Assembly: GCA_963804645.1 (NCBI GenBank)
Contig: CAWDRG010000011.1
Coordinates: 160,001-224,000 of the forward strand
Source: an uncultured Bacillota bacterium
GTDB lineage: Bacteria; Sysuimicrobiota; Sysuimicrobiia; Sysuimicrobiales; Segetimicrobiaceae
Direction of reading: 5' to 3'
Length of the DNA stretch: 64,000 bases
The notes under the pieces are model-generated. The model made no database searches. It was not told the DNA's origin and was given only the letters and a program-made list of their open reading frames with translations. The position numbers were made by a program, and so were the translations under genes. Positions 1-11,469 of this stretch are shown one piece after another. How positions within the stretch are numbered: position 1 is the first letter of the stretch; the number at the start of each line of letters is the position of its first letter.

Positions 1-618
1 CGCGTGATCGCCGCCTATGACGGCGCGCAGGCGCTCGAGCTGTTCGAGCGCCACCAGCCGGGCTTTGTCGTCCTCGACGTCATGCTCCCCCGTGTCGACG
101 GCGTCACCGTCTGCCGGCGGCTGCGCGAGGGATCCGCGGTCCCGATCCTGATGCTGACCGCGCGGGTCGAGGAATCGGACACGCTGGCGGGACTCTCCGT
201 CGGCGCGGACGACTACGTCACCAAGCCGTTCAGCCCCCGCGAGCTCGTCGCCCGGGTCCAGGCGATTCTGCGCCGCACGGTCTCGCACGGCCGTGCCACG
301 TCCCGGCTCGTCCGCGGGGATCTCGTCATGGACGTGGACCGGCACGAGGTCACGATCGGCGGCCGGGGCGTCCACCTCACGCCCAACGAGTACAAGCTCC
401 TGCACGCGCTGATGGAGTTCCCCGGACGCGTGTTCACGCGCGAGCAGCTGCTGACCCACGTCTACGCGTTCGACGAGGCGGTGGTGGTCGACCGGACGAT
501 CGATGTCCGGATCGGCAAGCTGCGCGAGAAGCTCGGGGACAATCCCGCCCAGCCGCGCTACGTGGAGACCGTCCGCGGCGTGGGCTACAAGCTCGTGGAG
601 CCCAAGCGTGCGCGATAG
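1..618 (+). CDS. OmpR/PhoB-family response regulator (5' truncated by window edge)
   Basis: Receiver motifs LDVMLP, MLTAR and GADDYVTKPFSPREL, plus winged-helix C-terminus (RTIDVRIGKLREKL...VETVRGVGYK). The frame is open to the window start. Confidence 0.95.
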   Translation, partial: RVIAAYDGAQALELFERHQPGFVVLDVMLPRVDGVTVCRRLREGSAVPILMLTARVEESDTLAGLSVGADDYVTKPFSPRELVARVQAILRRTVSHGRATSRLVRGDLVMDVDRHEVTIGGRGVHLTPNEYKLLHALMEFPGRVFTREQLLTHVYAFDEAVVVDRTIDVRIGKLREKLGDNPAQPRYVETVRGVGYKLVEPKRAR

Positions 619-1675
619 GCTCCTCTGGCGGCTGCTCGGGGCCCAGCTCCTCGTCATCGCGATCGCGGTGGCGATCTCCGACACCATGATTACGAATCTC
701 GCGTCACAGTCATTCATGCAGATCATGCAGCGCTACCACATCGACCCCACGTCGGTCGAGCACGACTTTCTCGCCACGGTCCACCACGTGCTGCTGGTCA
801 GCAGCATCGCGGCGGCGGCGGCCGCGATGCTGCTCGGGTGGGTGCTGGTACGTCGGCTGGTCCAGCCGATCGGCGAGATGATGGTCCTGTCCGAACGCAT
901 CGCCGAGGGGGATTACGCGCGGCGCATCACCCCCCGGGGCCCCGATGAGCTGGTCCGCCTCGCTGAATCGCTGAACCGCATGGCGGCCGCGCTCCAGCGG
1001 GTCGAGGCCCTGCGCCGCGACCTCGTCGCGAACATCGCCCACGAGCTGCGCACGCCCCTCAGCACGCTGCAGGGCTATCTCGAGGCGCTGCGTGACGGCG
1101 TGACGCCGGCCACCCCCGCGACGCTGGCGTCCCTGCACGAAGAGGTGATGCGCCTCGTGCGCCTCGTGAACGCGCTGCATCAGCTGAGCCAGTTCGACGC
1201 GCGCATGTCCCGGCTGCGGCGGACCGAGGTCGACGTGCCGGTCCTCGCGCGCGGGGTGGTCGCCGCATACGCGCCGGAGTTTCAACGCCGCGGGTTCGTC
1301 GTCCACGAAACCTACGATCCGGCCGGGCAGCACGCGCACGCCGACGCGGATCTGCTGGGGCAGGCGCTCCGGACGCTGGTCGACAACGTGCTGCAGTACG
1401 CGCCGGACGGCGCCACGGTGACCGTGCGGACCACCCACACCGACCACGCCGTCCGGATCGCGGTGGAGAACACGGGCGAGGAGATCGCCGCGGAGGATCT
1501 CCCCCACATCTTCGAGCGCTTCTACCGAGGAGAAAAATCGCGATCGCGGGCCACCGGCGGCGCGGGGATCGGGCTGTCGCTCGTCCAGGAGATCGCGCGC
1601 GCCCACGGCGGGGACACCGGCGCCACGAGCGCGGACGACCTGACTGTCGTGTGGCTTACGGTCGCCGCCCGGTGA
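608..1675 (+). CDS. HAMP-domain sensor histidine kinase (BaeS-like)
   Basis: Two TM segments, HAMP, H-box AHELRTPL, FERFYRGEKSRSR and GGAGIGL G-box. GTG at 608 overlaps the regulator's end. Confidence 0.93.
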   Translation: MRDRLLWRLLGAQLLVIAIAVAISDTMITNLASQSFMQIMQRYHIDPTSVEHDFLATVHHVLLVSSIAAAAAAMLLGWVLVRRLVQPIGEMMVLSERIAEGDYARRITPRGPDELVRLAESLNRMAAALQRVEALRRDLVANIAHELRTPLSTLQGYLEALRDGVTPATPATLASLHEEVMRLVRLVNALHQLSQFDARMSRLRRTEVDVPVLARGVVAAYAPEFQRRGFVVHETYDPAGQHAHADADLLGQALRTLVDNVLQYAPDGATVTVRTTHTDHAVRIAVENTGEEIAAEDLPHIFERFYRGEKSRSRATGGAGIGLSLVQEIARAHGGDTGATSADDLTVVWLTVAAR

Positions 1676-1682
1676 CGCCGGC

Positions 1683-3344
1683 CTACCCCCGGTAGCCCGG
1701 CCGAATCACCGTCCGAAGATTCTTGACCTCCCCGATCGGCACCTCGATCAGCGCGGGCCGGTCGTGCGCGAGCGCCCCGGCGAGCGCCGTGCGCAGCGCC
1801 GCCGGCGTCTCCGCGCGCGCGCCGTCGATGCCGAACGTCTCCGCGAGACGCACGAACTCCGGGTTGAGCAGGTCGGACGCGATGGTGCGCCCGCCGAACG
1901 CCTCGCGCTGGGTGCGCAGCACGTTGCCAAACGCGCCGTCGTTGAAGACGATCGCCACGACGTTGAGGCGGTGGCGGGCCATCGTCGAGAGTTCCTGCAC
2001 GTTGTACATGAACCCGCCGTCGCCGTTGATCGACACGACCTTGCGCCCCGGCGCGCCGGCCTGGGCGCCGATCGCGTTCGCGAGCCCGTGCCCGAGCGTG
2101 CCCTGGTACCCCGATGTCAGGAACGTGCGCGGCGCGTACACGGGGAACCCGGCGTTGGCCCAGTAGCCGACCTGGGTCATCTCCGACACGAGGATGCCGT
2201 CGTCGGGTAGGACGTCGCGAATCGCGGCCCCGTAGGCCGCCTGCGGCTGCAGCGTCTCGAGCAGCGCCTGCGCCGCGGCCCGGGCGGAGGCGAGTTCCTC
2301 GCGGCGCGACGCCCGCGTCCGGTTGTGGCGACCGACCGCGGCGACGAGCGCCTCCAGCCCTGCCCGTGCGTCGCTCTGGATTCCGATCGTCACCGGACAG
2401 TTGCGGCCGATCTCTTCGCGGTCGACGTCGAGCTGGATGACCGTCTGGCCGGACCGCGGGCCCCAATCGGACCGCGCCGGCTGGTAAAATCGGGTGCCGA
2501 CGGCGAGCGCGACGTCCGACGTCGGGGTCAGTTCGGACGCGGCGACCATGGGCAGCGCGAGAGGGTGTCGGGCCGACACGGCGCCCTTGCCGTTGTCCGT
2601 CATGCACACCGGCGCTTCGAGCAGCTCCGCCAGCTGCCTGAGCGGCTCCCACGCCGCGGCCCGGAGGACCCCGCCGCCCGCGAAGATGATCGGCCGCACC
2701 GCGGCACCCAGCGCCCTGGCCGCCTGCTCGATCACCTCGGGATCTGGGGCGAGCAGCTCCCCTTCGACCCGCCCAACCGGCGAAACTTCGGCGGTCTCCT
2801 GCAGCGCGTCGGGCGGGATCTCGATCGCCACCGGGCGCGGACGCCCGGTCAGCAGCCGCCGAAACGCCTCGCGCACCACCTCCGGCACGTCGGCCGGCCG
2901 CGCCGCGCGCGCCGTCCATTTCGTGATAGAGCGGATCGCGCCCATCTGATCGCCGATCTCGTGCAGGAGCCCGCGGCCCATCCCGATGTCTCGGGAGGGG
3001 ATCTGCCCGGTAATGCACAGGACCGGCGAGGAGCACGCGTACGCGGTCGCCAGCCCCGCCGACGCGTTCAGCAGACCCGGCCCCGGCACCATGATGCAGA
3101 CGCCGACCCGGCCGGTCGTCCGGGCATAGCCGTCCGCCATGTACGAGACGGCCTGCTCGTGCCGCGTGTGGACGACGCGGAGCGCGTGGCGCTCCGCGTA
3201 GAGCGCGTCGAACGCCCAGTCGAGCTGGATGCCCGGCAGCCCGAACACGAGGTCGACCCCCTGCGCCCGGAGCGCCTGCACCAGTGCCTGCCCGCCGGTC
3301 AGCCGCGTCACCGTGCGGGACGTCCCGCCGGGACCCATCGCCAT
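1683..3344 (-). CDS. Thiamine-diphosphate-dependent enzyme (acetolactate synthase-like family)
   Basis: GGQALV..L...GVDLVFGLPG, RHEQ, GPG, and ThDP motif GDGGF...N(DG). GGAGGG RBS before the ATG. Confidence 0.9.
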   Translation of the reverse strand: MAMGPGGTSRTVTRLTGGQALVQALRAQGVDLVFGLPGIQLDWAFDALYAERHALRVVHTRHEQAVSYMADGYARTTGRVGVCIMVPGPGLLNASAGLATAYACSSPVLCITGQIPSRDIGMGRGLLHEIGDQMGAIRSITKWTARAARPADVPEVVREAFRRLLTGRPRPVAIEIPPDALQETAEVSPVGRVEGELLAPDPEVIEQAARALGAAVRPIIFAGGGVLRAAAWEPLRQLAELLEAPVCMTDNGKGAVSARHPLALPMVAASELTPTSDVALAVGTRFYQPARSDWGPRSGQTVIQLDVDREEIGRNCPVTIGIQSDARAGLEALVAAVGRHNRTRASRREELASARAAAQALLETLQPQAAYGAAIRDVLPDDGILVSEMTQVGYWANAGFPVYAPRTFLTSGYQGTLGHGLANAIGAQAGAPGRKVVSINGDGGFMYNVQELSTMARHRLNVVAIVFNDGAFGNVLRTQREAFGGRTIASDLLNPEFVRLAETFGIDGARAETPAALRTALAGALAHDRPALIEVPIGEVKNLRTVIRPGYRG

Positions 3345-3444
3345 GCTCTTCCCTCCCCGCGCACGCGCGCCTGAGTTTGCTTGTTTGTAGAACTGGCTCG
3401 TCGCCAACTGCTGCGTGTCGTGGTTCGCCGTCGGAGCGGTTGGC

Positions 3445-4545
3445 TCAAAAGTACACGACCTGCAGCGACGGGGGCGAGAATTTCGTGAGACAGGTGTTTG
3501 TCGCGTTCGGCACGAGGTAGTTATTTTGCGGCGCGTTCCCAGGCGTGTCGGGACTCATGAGAATGATTCCGTAGGGCAGGTCATAGGCTTCCGCCACCGA
3601 GGTCACGTCGATCGTACCCGTCGCTGGCCGGGACACGACCTTCACCTCCCCCTTCGTCGAGCCGAACAGGTTTCCACTAGGTCCGTCCCACCATGGGTCA
3701 ATCGCAGCCCGGACCCAAATCGAGCACCACCCACCCTTCGAGAGCGTGAAGTTTCCCGATGCCCCGCTGACCGTTTGCATCGCAGTGAGCGTCAGGTTGG
3801 CCGAGTATATCCGGACACCGCGGAGCCAGCCCGTATCGAATGCGACGCCCGCGAACGCGTTCATCCAGACCGACACCGACGCAACGCTTGAATTTTGACA
3901 CGATTGGGTCTCAACCGGCACGTGCGGCGCCGCCGCGTTGCCGACGTACGTACCGCTCTGCGTGTGTTTGCCCTGGCCCATATACGGGAGCCAGGGGAAC
4001 AGCACAGTCACGCCGGGGAGGCGCGGAGAATAGGATGCTCCGGATTGAGACGAGTTGGGGGGACAATTCAAGACGACAAGGTAGGGGACGACCGTTGCCG
4101 TACGACTGGGCTGAAGCGAACGCGTCGTCGCCGTCGCGCCCGGAGCATAGCAGTACCGCTGACTCACCGGAGAGGTGGCGCTGCCGACGTATGCCGCCAC
4201 CGCAAAGCACAGGTTGGCGTAGCCCGCCGCTGACCTTTTAATCACGTAGTAACGCGCCGGCGCCGTGCCCAAGAAATGTTCGCCGCGGCCGCCGTATTGA
4301 TACACCTTGTACCCGGAGATCGTTTTGTCCGACTCGTCCCAGATCAGTTGCAGGTCACCGGCTCTCACGGCTGCGTCACAGATGACGGCGAGCAGGCTGA
4401 GGGCCGACACACAATCCGCTTTGCTCTGCACCGGGCGTAGGTCCGTCGGCTGCGCAATCGCCGCGCCGGCGGAACGCGGGGCTCCTAGGGTCGTCAGAAC
4501 AACAACCAGGACCACCACGGCCGGCACGATCGGCAACTGCCTCAT
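3445..4545 (-). CDS. Secreted hypothetical protein, Cys-containing, possible fibronectin-III-like domain
   Basis: Signal peptide MRQLPIVPAVVVLVVV...AGA, LQLIWD..ISGYKVY segment, 8 Cys, GGAGA RBS, less GC-biased codons. Confidence 0.7.
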   Translation of the reverse strand: MRQLPIVPAVVVLVVVLTTLGAPRSAGAAIAQPTDLRPVQSKADCVSALSLLAVICDAAVRAGDLQLIWDESDKTISGYKVYQYGGRGEHFLGTAPARYYVIKRSAAGYANLCFAVAAYVGSATSPVSQRYCYAPGATATTRSLQPSRTATVVPYLVVLNCPPNSSQSGASYSPRLPGVTVLFPWLPYMGQGKHTQSGTYVGNAAAPHVPVETQSCQNSSVASVSVWMNAFAGVAFDTGWLRGVRIYSANLTLTAMQTVSGASGNFTLSKGGWCSIWVRAAIDPWWDGPSGNLFGSTKGEVKVVSRPATGTIDVTSVAEAYDLPYGIILMSPDTPGNAPQNNYLVPNATNTCLTKFSPPSLQVVYF

Positions 4546-4718
4546 GTCTTCTCCCGCGGTGCCGCGATTGACTAGGCTGAGACAGCCTCCGCACGCCAAC
4601 CTCGCTCCGCCCGATGGTCGGAGTTCGGCGGGCCGGAAGCGCGGACCTTCGGGGCCCCAACGAGGGGCGATTGAGCAACCGTCCGACGAACAAACGGAAC
4701 GCTCGCGGCCCGCGCCAA

Positions 4719-5423
4719 TCACGCGGGCGGAAGCGATTGCGCCGCCGCCCGGTCGGCGACCACGACGGCCGCGTCCGGACGCACCCGTCCCGCCGGGATC
4801 GATGCATCTCCACGAATCAGGCGCGCGAGCATCTCGGCCTTGTCCCCGCCCGTGACCACCCACAGGATGCTCCGCGCGCGGTTGAGGATCGGGTAGGTCA
4901 GCGTCATGCGGCGCCGGCCCTGGTATACGCCTGTCAGGGCGACGTCCACGTCGACGACGTCAAGCACGGGGTCGCCGGGCACGAGCGACGCCGTATGGCC
5001 GTCCGGCCCGAGCCCCAGGTGCACGAGGTCGAGCACGGGTGGGGAGCCTGCGATCTCGCGCAGCGTGTCAGCGTAGCGCCCCGCGGCGGCGTCCAGGTCC
5101 GGCGCCTCCACCGGCATGGCGTGGATCTGCTCGGGGCGCAGCGGCGCGCGCGCGAGCAGCGTGTCGCGGAGATGGGTCAGATTGCGGTCCGGGTCGTCGG
5201 CCGGAGCCACGCGCTCGTCCACCTGCGCGACGTGGACCCGATCCCACGGCAACCGGAGAGCAGCCAGCGCGCGCAGCATCAGCCACGGGGTGCGGCCGCC
5301 GCTGAGCGCACCGACGAACCGGCCGCGCGCGGCCGCCGCCGCGGTCGCCTCCTCGGCGATGATCGCGGCCGCCCGCTGCGCGACGGCGTCCACGTCCGCA
5401 CACACGTCAATCCGCACGAGCAC
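4719..5423 (-). CDS. pgl: 6-phosphogluconolactonase
   Basis: ALSGGRTP, VDER and LGLGPDGHTASL motifs; downstream of gnd. Start codon uncertain (5417-5438). Confidence 0.9.
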   Translation of the reverse strand: MLVRIDVCADVDAVAQRAAAIIAEEATAAAAARGRFVGALSGGRTPWLMLRALAALRLPWDRVHVAQVDERVAPADDPDRNLTHLRDTLLARAPLRPEQIHAMPVEAPDLDAAAGRYADTLREIAGSPPVLDLVHLGLGPDGHTASLVPGDPVLDVVDVDVALTGVYQGRRRMTLTYPILNRARSILWVVTGGDKAEMLARLIRGDASIPAGRVRPDAAVVVADRAAAQSLPPA

Positions 5424-5486
5424 CGCCCCCCGGCGCACCGCCCGGCCCCGCGGCCGAGCGCCCGCGCGGCGTCACACGCGCCGCGA

Positions 5487-6503
5487 TCATTTCGCGCGCT
5501 TCTCCATGTGACCGCCGAACTGGAACCGCATCGCCGACAGCAGCTTGTCCTGAAAATCGGACGCGCCGCGCGACGTGAAGCGCTGGTACAGCGCGGCCGA
5601 CAAGACGGGCACCGGCGTCCCTTCGTCGATCGCGGCCTTGATCGTCCACCGGCCTTCTCCGGAGTCCGAGACATGCCCCGTGAAATCGGACAGTTCGGCG
5701 TCCTGCGCCAGAGCGGTCGCCGTCAGATCGAGCAGCCACGAGGCGATCACGCTTCCGCGCCGCCAGAGCTCCGTGATGTCGGGGATGTTGAACTCGTACT
5801 GGTAGTACTCCGGGCGCCGCAGCGGTGTGGTCTCGGCGTCCGCCGCGTGGCGGGCCAGGCCGACGTTGGCGTCGCGCAGCACGCCCAGCCCCTCCGCGTA
5901 CGCCGCCATCAGGCCGTACTCGATCCCGTTGTGAACCATCTTCACGAAGTGGCCGGCCCCGTTCGCGCCGCAGTGGAGGTAGCCCTCCTCGGCGGTGCCG
6001 CCGAGCCGCTCGCGCCCCGGGGTCCGCGGCAGATCGCCCCGACCGGGGGCCAGCCGCTTGAAGATTGGATCGAGGTGCTGCACCACGTCCGGCTCGCCGC
6101 CGATCATCATGCAGTAGCCGCGCTCCAAGCCCCAGACGCCGCCGCTCGTCCCCACGTCGACGTAGTGGATCCCATTGAGCCGCAGCTCCCTGGAGCGCCG
6201 GATGTCGTCAACGTAGTAGGAGTTCCCGCCGTCGATCACGATGTCGCCCGCGGACAGATGCGGGACAAGGTCGCCCAGGGTCCGGTCCACGACCGCCGCC
6301 GGGACCATGATCCAGACCGCCCGCGGCGGCTCGAGGCGCGCGACCAGATCCGCGAGCGAGGAGGCGCCGACCGCGTGCTCCTGCGCGAGGGTGCTCACCG
6401 CCTGCGGCGACACATCGAACACCACGCACTCGTGGCCTCCCCCGAGCAGCCGCCGCACCATATTCGCGCCCATGCGCCCGAGCCCGACCATGCCGAGTTG
6501 CAT
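5487..6503 (-). CDS. gnd: Decarboxylating 6-phosphogluconate dehydrogenase (short type)
   Basis: [43 protein letters not shown] and MRFQFGGH. Confidence 0.96.
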   Translation of the reverse strand: MQLGMVGLGRMGANMVRRLLGGGHECVVFDVSPQAVSTLAQEHAVGASSLADLVARLEPPRAVWIMVPAAVVDRTLGDLVPHLSAGDIVIDGGNSYYVDDIRRSRELRLNGIHYVDVGTSGGVWGLERGYCMMIGGEPDVVQHLDPIFKRLAPGRGDLPRTPGRERLGGTAEEGYLHCGANGAGHFVKMVHNGIEYGLMAAYAEGLGVLRDANVGLARHAADAETTPLRRPEYYQYEFNIPDITELWRRGSVIASWLLDLTATALAQDAELSDFTGHVSDSGEGRWTIKAAIDEGTPVPVLSAALYQRFTSRGASDFQDKLLSAMRFQFGGHMEKRAK

Positions 6504-6545
6504 CGCCCGCTCCTCTCCTCACCTCTGCGATCGGTGCCCGCTCCG

Positions 6546-6571
6546 CCGGGGGCGCGCAGGAGCGCCCCCGG
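6546..6571. repeat. GC-rich inverted repeat between pgi and gnd
   Basis: ccgggggcgc-gcagga-gcgcccccgg; no U-tract. Confidence 0.5.
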
Positions 6572-6630
6572 GTCGTGCCCCGACGGCGTGCGCACCGTCG
6601 ACCCGCCCACTCAGCGGCGCGGCGGACGCG

Positions 6631-8304
6631 TCAGGACGAGGGGGCCCTGGCCGCGCGGTAGCGGCGGATCAAGTGGTTCGTCGAACTGTCGTGGCGCAGC
6701 GCGGGTTCCGCAGCGTCCTCCAGCTCCGGGACGATCCGCTGGGCGAGCACCTTGCCGAGCTCCACGCCCCACTGATCGAACGAATCGATCCCCCAGATCA
6801 CGCCCTGGGTGAAGACCACGTGCTCGTACAGCGCCACGAGAGTCCCGAGAGTCGCCGGCGTGAGCCGCTCAGCGAGGATGGTGTTCGAGGGGCGGTTGCC
6901 TTCGAACACCCGATGGGGCACGAGCCACGCCGGCACCCCTTCGGCCGCGACCTCCCGCGGGGTCTTGCCGAACGCGAGCGCCTCCGTCTGCGCGAACACG
7001 TTGGCGAGCAGCAGGTCGTGATGCCGGCCGATAGGGTTGAGCGTCCGCTCGAACGCGATGAAATCGCACGGAATCAGCCGGGTCCCCTGATGAATCAGCT
7101 GGTAGAAAGAGTGCTGGCCGTTGGTCCCCGGTTCGCCCCAGTAGATCGGGCCGGTGTCGTAGGTCACCCGCGTCCCGTCGAGCGTCACGTGCTTGCCGTT
7201 GCTCTCCATCGTCAGCTGCTGCAGGTAGGCCGGGAACCGCTTCAGGTACTGTTCGTACGGCAGCACCGCCACGGTCTGCGCCCCGAAAAAATCGTTGTAC
7301 CAGACGCCCAACAGGCCCATCAGCACCGGCAGGTTGCGCGCGAACGGGGCGGTGCGAAAGTGCTCGTCCATCCGGTGGAAGCCGGCCAGCATCGCGCGGA
7401 ACGATTCCGGCCCGATCGCCAGCATCGTGGTGAGGCCGATCGCCGAGTCCATCGAGTAGCGCCCGCCGACCCAGTCCCAGAACTCGAACATATTGGCGGG
7501 ATCGATGCCGAACTTCGCCACCTCCGCCGCGTTCGTCGACACCGCCACGAAATGTCTCGCGACCGCGCCGACGTCGCCGCCCAGCCCGCCGAGCGACCAA
7601 GCGCGCGCGGTGTGCGCGTTGGTCATCGTCTCGAGCGTCGTGAACGTCTTCGAGGAAATGACGAACAGGGTCTCCGCCGGGTCGAGATCCCGCACCGCTT
7701 CGGCGAAGTCGGTCCCATCGACGTTGGAGACGAACCGAAACGTCATCGCGCGATCGCTGTAGTACCGCAGCGCCTCGTACGCCATCACCGGGCCGAGGTC
7801 GGAGCCCCCGATGCCGATGTTGATCACGTTGCGGATGCGCCGGCCGGTGTGCCCGGTCCACGCCCCGCTCCGCACCCGGTCGCAGAACGCGGACATCTTG
7901 TCGAGCACGGCGTGCACGAGCGGTACCACGTTCTGCCCATCAACTTCGATCGAGGTGCCCCGCGGGGCGCGCAGCGCGACGTGCAGCACCGCGCGGTCCT
8001 CGGTGACGTTGATCTTCTCCCCGCGAAACATCGCGGTGATCCGTCCGCGGAGGCCCGACTCGTCGGCCAGCCGAAGCAGCAGCCTGAGGGTGTCCGTCGT
8101 CGCGCGGTGCTTCGAATAGTCGAGGAACAGCCCCGCCGCCTCGACCGTCATGCGCGCACCGCGCTTCGGGTCGCGGGCGAACAGCTCCCGGAGATGCACC
8201 CGCCGGATCGCCCGATAGTGGGCCCGCAGCGCTTTCCACGCCGCTCGCTTGGGAAGCGGGGTGCTCGTCCGGCGCGTGGGACGCCGTGCGGGGCGCGTAG
8301 TCAT
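6631..8304 (-). CDS. pgi: Glucose-6-phosphate isomerase
   Basis: [35 protein letters not shown] and [10 protein letters not shown]. Confidence 0.97.
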   Translation of the reverse strand: MTTRPARRPTRRTSTPLPKRAAWKALRAHYRAIRRVHLRELFARDPKRGARMTVEAAGLFLDYSKHRATTDTLRLLLRLADESGLRGRITAMFRGEKINVTEDRAVLHVALRAPRGTSIEVDGQNVVPLVHAVLDKMSAFCDRVRSGAWTGHTGRRIRNVINIGIGGSDLGPVMAYEALRYYSDRAMTFRFVSNVDGTDFAEAVRDLDPAETLFVISSKTFTTLETMTNAHTARAWSLGGLGGDVGAVARHFVAVSTNAAEVAKFGIDPANMFEFWDWVGGRYSMDSAIGLTTMLAIGPESFRAMLAGFHRMDEHFRTAPFARNLPVLMGLLGVWYNDFFGAQTVAVLPYEQYLKRFPAYLQQLTMESNGKHVTLDGTRVTYDTGPIYWGEPGTNGQHSFYQLIHQGTRLIPCDFIAFERTLNPIGRHHDLLLANVFAQTEALAFGKTPREVAAEGVPAWLVPHRVFEGNRPSNTILAERLTPATLGTLVALYEHVVFTQGVIWGIDSFDQWGVELGKVLAQRIVPELEDAAEPALRHDSSTNHLIRRYRAARAPSS

Positions 8305-8360
8305 CGACGGGCTCCTCTCGCGTCGTCGTCGGCTGCCAACACCGCGGAGACGATTGCCGG

Positions 8361-9437
8361 CTACCTCAGCGCCGCGGCCTTGGACGTCATCACATCCATG
8401 AGCCCGTTCCACGACTTGACGAACGCCTTGGCGCCCTCGTCCTGCAGCCGCGCCGCGAGCGCATCGATGTCCACGCCGGCCTTCGCGAACCGCGCCAGCA
8501 CCTCGTCGCTGTCCCCGCCGTCCGCCGGCAGCATCCCGCCGAGCTCGCCGTGCTCGGCGAGGGCCTTCAAGGTCGCCTCCGGCATCGTGTTGATCGTAAA
8601 CGGCGCCGCGAGCGCCTTGATGTAGAGGACGTCCGAAGCCGTGGGATCCTTGGTGCCCGTGCTCGCCCACAGCAGTCGCTGCGGACGCGCGCCGGCGTTG
8701 TAGGCGCGCAGCCAGCGGGGGGCCGTCAGTAGCTCGCGGGCCGCCTTGTACGTCCGCTTCGCGACGGCGATCCCGAGATGGTTGCGCAGGGCGTCGGGCA
8801 CGCTGCCGGCGACCGCGACGTCCCACCGACTGATAAACAGCGACGCCACCGACGCGACGTCCGGATTCAGGCCGGCGTCGATGCGCCGCTCGATGCCGCG
8901 CAGGTACGCGTCGGCCGCCGCCAGATACTGTTCGCGGGAGAACAGGAGCGTGACGTTAATCGGCACCCCCGCGAAGATCGCCTCCTCGATCGCCGGCACC
9001 CCCTCCGGCGTGCCGGGGATCTTGATGAAGAGGTTCGGGCGCCCCGCCCGTGCGTGGAGCCGCTTGGCCGCGGCCAAGGTGCTCGCGGTGTCGTGCGCCA
9101 AGAGCGGCGACACCTCCAGCGACACCCAGCCGTCCACGCCTTCGGTCCGGTCGTGGATCGGCCGGAACAGGTCCGCGGCTTGGGCGAGATCTTCGATGGC
9201 CAGCTCGAAGAACAGATCCTCGCCGGATTTTCCCGCGGCGCGCTTCTCCCGGATCCCCGCGTCGTACGCCGTGCTCTTGGTGATCGCCTGGTCGAAGATC
9301 GTGGGGTTCGACGTCAGCCCCGTGACCGAGAACTCCTCGACATAGCGGCGGAGCGTCCCGCTCCCCAGAAGATCGCGCGTGATGTTGTCGAGCCAGATGC
9401 TCTGTCCCAGATCGTGTAGCCGTTGCGTCGCGTTCAT
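8361..9437 (-). CDS. tal: Transaldolase
   Basis: [38 protein letters not shown] and LWASTGTK. Confidence 0.96.
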   Translation of the reverse strand: MNATQRLHDLGQSIWLDNITRDLLGSGTLRRYVEEFSVTGLTSNPTIFDQAITKSTAYDAGIREKRAAGKSGEDLFFELAIEDLAQAADLFRPIHDRTEGVDGWVSLEVSPLLAHDTASTLAAAKRLHARAGRPNLFIKIPGTPEGVPAIEEAIFAGVPINVTLLFSREQYLAAADAYLRGIERRIDAGLNPDVASVASLFISRWDVAVAGSVPDALRNHLGIAVAKRTYKAARELLTAPRWLRAYNAGARPQRLLWASTGTKDPTASDVLYIKALAAPFTINTMPEATLKALAEHGELGGMLPADGGDSDEVLARFAKAGVDIDALAARLQDEGAKAFVKSWNGLMDVMTSKAAALR

Positions 9438-9562
9438 CGCCTCACCTCGGCAGTGGGTCACATCGCATCCTCTGTGCCCCGTATTTGGCGACCCGTCACG
9501 GACCGGCCTGCTTGTCCCCGAATCCCGTCGGAGGACCGGCGGCCGGACGCGACCCCCTCAGC

Positions 9563-11257
9563 CTACCCTGGTCCCGAGACGGCGCCGCGTAGCGCATTGT
9601 TAACGATCTCCGCGGCCTCGCGCACAATTGCGTGCAGGTGGGCCTGGTCCCGGAAGCTCTCGGCGTAGATCTTATAGACGTCCTCGGTGCCGGACGGTCG
9701 TGCCGCAAACCACCCGTTTGCCGCCACCACCTTGAGGCCGCCGATGGGGGCTTGGTTTCCGGGCGCGCGGGTCAGCGTGGCCGTGATGGCTTCGCCGCCC
9801 AACGTGGCGTCGGTGACGGCCTCGGGGCGCAGCGCCGCGAGCGCGGCCTTCTGCTCGCGGGTCGCCGGCGCGTCGATGCGCGTATAGTACGCGGGGCCGA
9901 ACTCCGCCGTCAGCTCCCGGTAGTGCTCCCCCGGGTCCTGGTCCGTCCGGGCGGTCATCTCGGCCGCCAGGAGGTCCATGATCAGGCCGTCCTTGTCTGT
10001 GGTCCACACGGTCCCATCGCGCCGCACAAAACTCGCGCCGGCGCTCTCCTCCCCGCCGAAACAGCACGACCCGTCGAACAGGCCGGGCGCAAACCACTTG
10101 AAGCCGACCGGCACCTCGTTCAGCCGCCGGCCGAGCCGGCGCACCACCCGGTCGATCATCCCGCTGCTGACCACCGTCTTCCCGACCGCGGCCTGCGCGG
10201 GCCACGCGGGACGGTGGGTGAGCAGGTAGCGGATCGAGACCGCGAGATAATCGTTCGGGTTCAAGAGGCCCGCGGATGGTGTAACGATCCCGTGCCGGTC
10301 TGCGTCGGGGTCGTTCGCGAACGCCACCCGATAGCGGGCTTTGAGGCCGACGAGGCCGGCCATCGCGTACGGACTCGAGCAGTCCATCCGGATCACGCCG
10401 TCGTGATCGACGGGCATGAACGAAAACGTCGGGTCGATCACCGGATTCACGACCGCGACGTTCAGCCCATACAGGGCGTTGATCGGCTCCCAGTAGTATC
10501 GGGACGCGCCGCCGAGCGGATCGACGCCGAGCGTGAGGCCGGCATCGCGGATCGCGGCCATGTCGACGACGCTCGCAAGATCGCGGACGTACGGCAGGAC
10601 CAGGTCGTCCGGATGGGTCGTGGCCGCGTGCAGCGCCGCCGGCGTCCGCCTGACCGCAGCGCTCCCCGCCCGCAGCAGCTCGTTGGCGCGTCGTTCGACC
10701 CACCCCGTGACGTCGGTGTCGGCCGGGCCGCCGTTCGTCGGGTTGTACTTGAAGCCGCCGTCCTCGGGCGGATTGTGCGACGGCGTGATCACGATCCCGT
10801 CCGCGAGATGATGCGCGCGCCCGCGGTTGTAGACCAGGATCGCCCGGGAGATCACCGGCGTGGGCGTGAACCCGTCGTCCCGCTGAATGATCGTCTCCAC
10901 CTCGTTGGCGGCCAGGACCTCCAACGCCGTGCGCTGGGCCGGTCCCGACAGGGCGTGCGTGTCCTTGCCCATGTACAGCGGGCCGTCGACGGCCTGCGCG
11001 CGCCGGTAGTCGCAGATCGCCTGGGTAATCGCGAGAATGTGCGCCTCGGTGAACGTGCCGCGAAACGGTGAGCCCCGGTGCCCGCTGGTCCCAAAGCTCA
11101 CCAGCTGAGCGGGGTCCTGCAGATCGGGCCGGCGGTCGTAGTACTCGCGTTCAAGCCGGGCGAGATCGACGCGCATCTCCGCGGGCGCCGTCCGCCCGGC
11201 GAGCGGCGACACCGCGCGGTCGAGTCCCGCGTCCTCCGTCTCTAGAGGACCGGGCAT
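9563..11257 (-). CDS. pgm: Phosphoglucomutase (alpha-D-glucose-1,6-bisphosphate-dependent)
   Basis: [14 protein letters not shown] (phosphoserine), DPDADR, GGEESAG and RPSGTE. Confidence 0.96.
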   Translation of the reverse strand: MPGPLETEDAGLDRAVSPLAGRTAPAEMRVDLARLEREYYDRRPDLQDPAQLVSFGTSGHRGSPFRGTFTEAHILAITQAICDYRRAQAVDGPLYMGKDTHALSGPAQRTALEVLAANEVETIIQRDDGFTPTPVISRAILVYNRGRAHHLADGIVITPSHNPPEDGGFKYNPTNGGPADTDVTGWVERRANELLRAGSAAVRRTPAALHAATTHPDDLVLPYVRDLASVVDMAAIRDAGLTLGVDPLGGASRYYWEPINALYGLNVAVVNPVIDPTFSFMPVDHDGVIRMDCSSPYAMAGLVGLKARYRVAFANDPDADRHGIVTPSAGLLNPNDYLAVSIRYLLTHRPAWPAQAAVGKTVVSSGMIDRVVRRLGRRLNEVPVGFKWFAPGLFDGSCCFGGEESAGASFVRRDGTVWTTDKDGLIMDLLAAEMTARTDQDPGEHYRELTAEFGPAYYTRIDAPATREQKAALAALRPEAVTDATLGGEAITATLTRAPGNQAPIGGLKVVAANGWFAARPSGTEDVYKIYAESFRDQAHLHAIVREAAEIVNNALRGAVSGPG

Positions 11258-11469
11258 CGCCCCTCGGCGCGGCCGGCAGCCGCCGCCCGGTGAGTCGATC
11301 GGTTCTCCGCGCCGGCGATGGTCACGATCATCCTCCGCGCCCGGGCGGTGAGCCCGCGCCTCGCCCGGGCGCTGTGGTGCGTATCGTGCGGCGCCGGTCG
11401 GTAGTTCGATTCCCCGCCACCCTGCTCCTCCAGTGCCTCGCGCGAGGCGCGGGATCGGGCTCGTTCATA

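Noticed and set aside
6631..8826. Possible Tal-Pgi fusion suggested by the extended pgi ORF
   Set aside because: tal ends at its own stop (8361-8363) in a different frame, and pgi has its own ATG at 8304.
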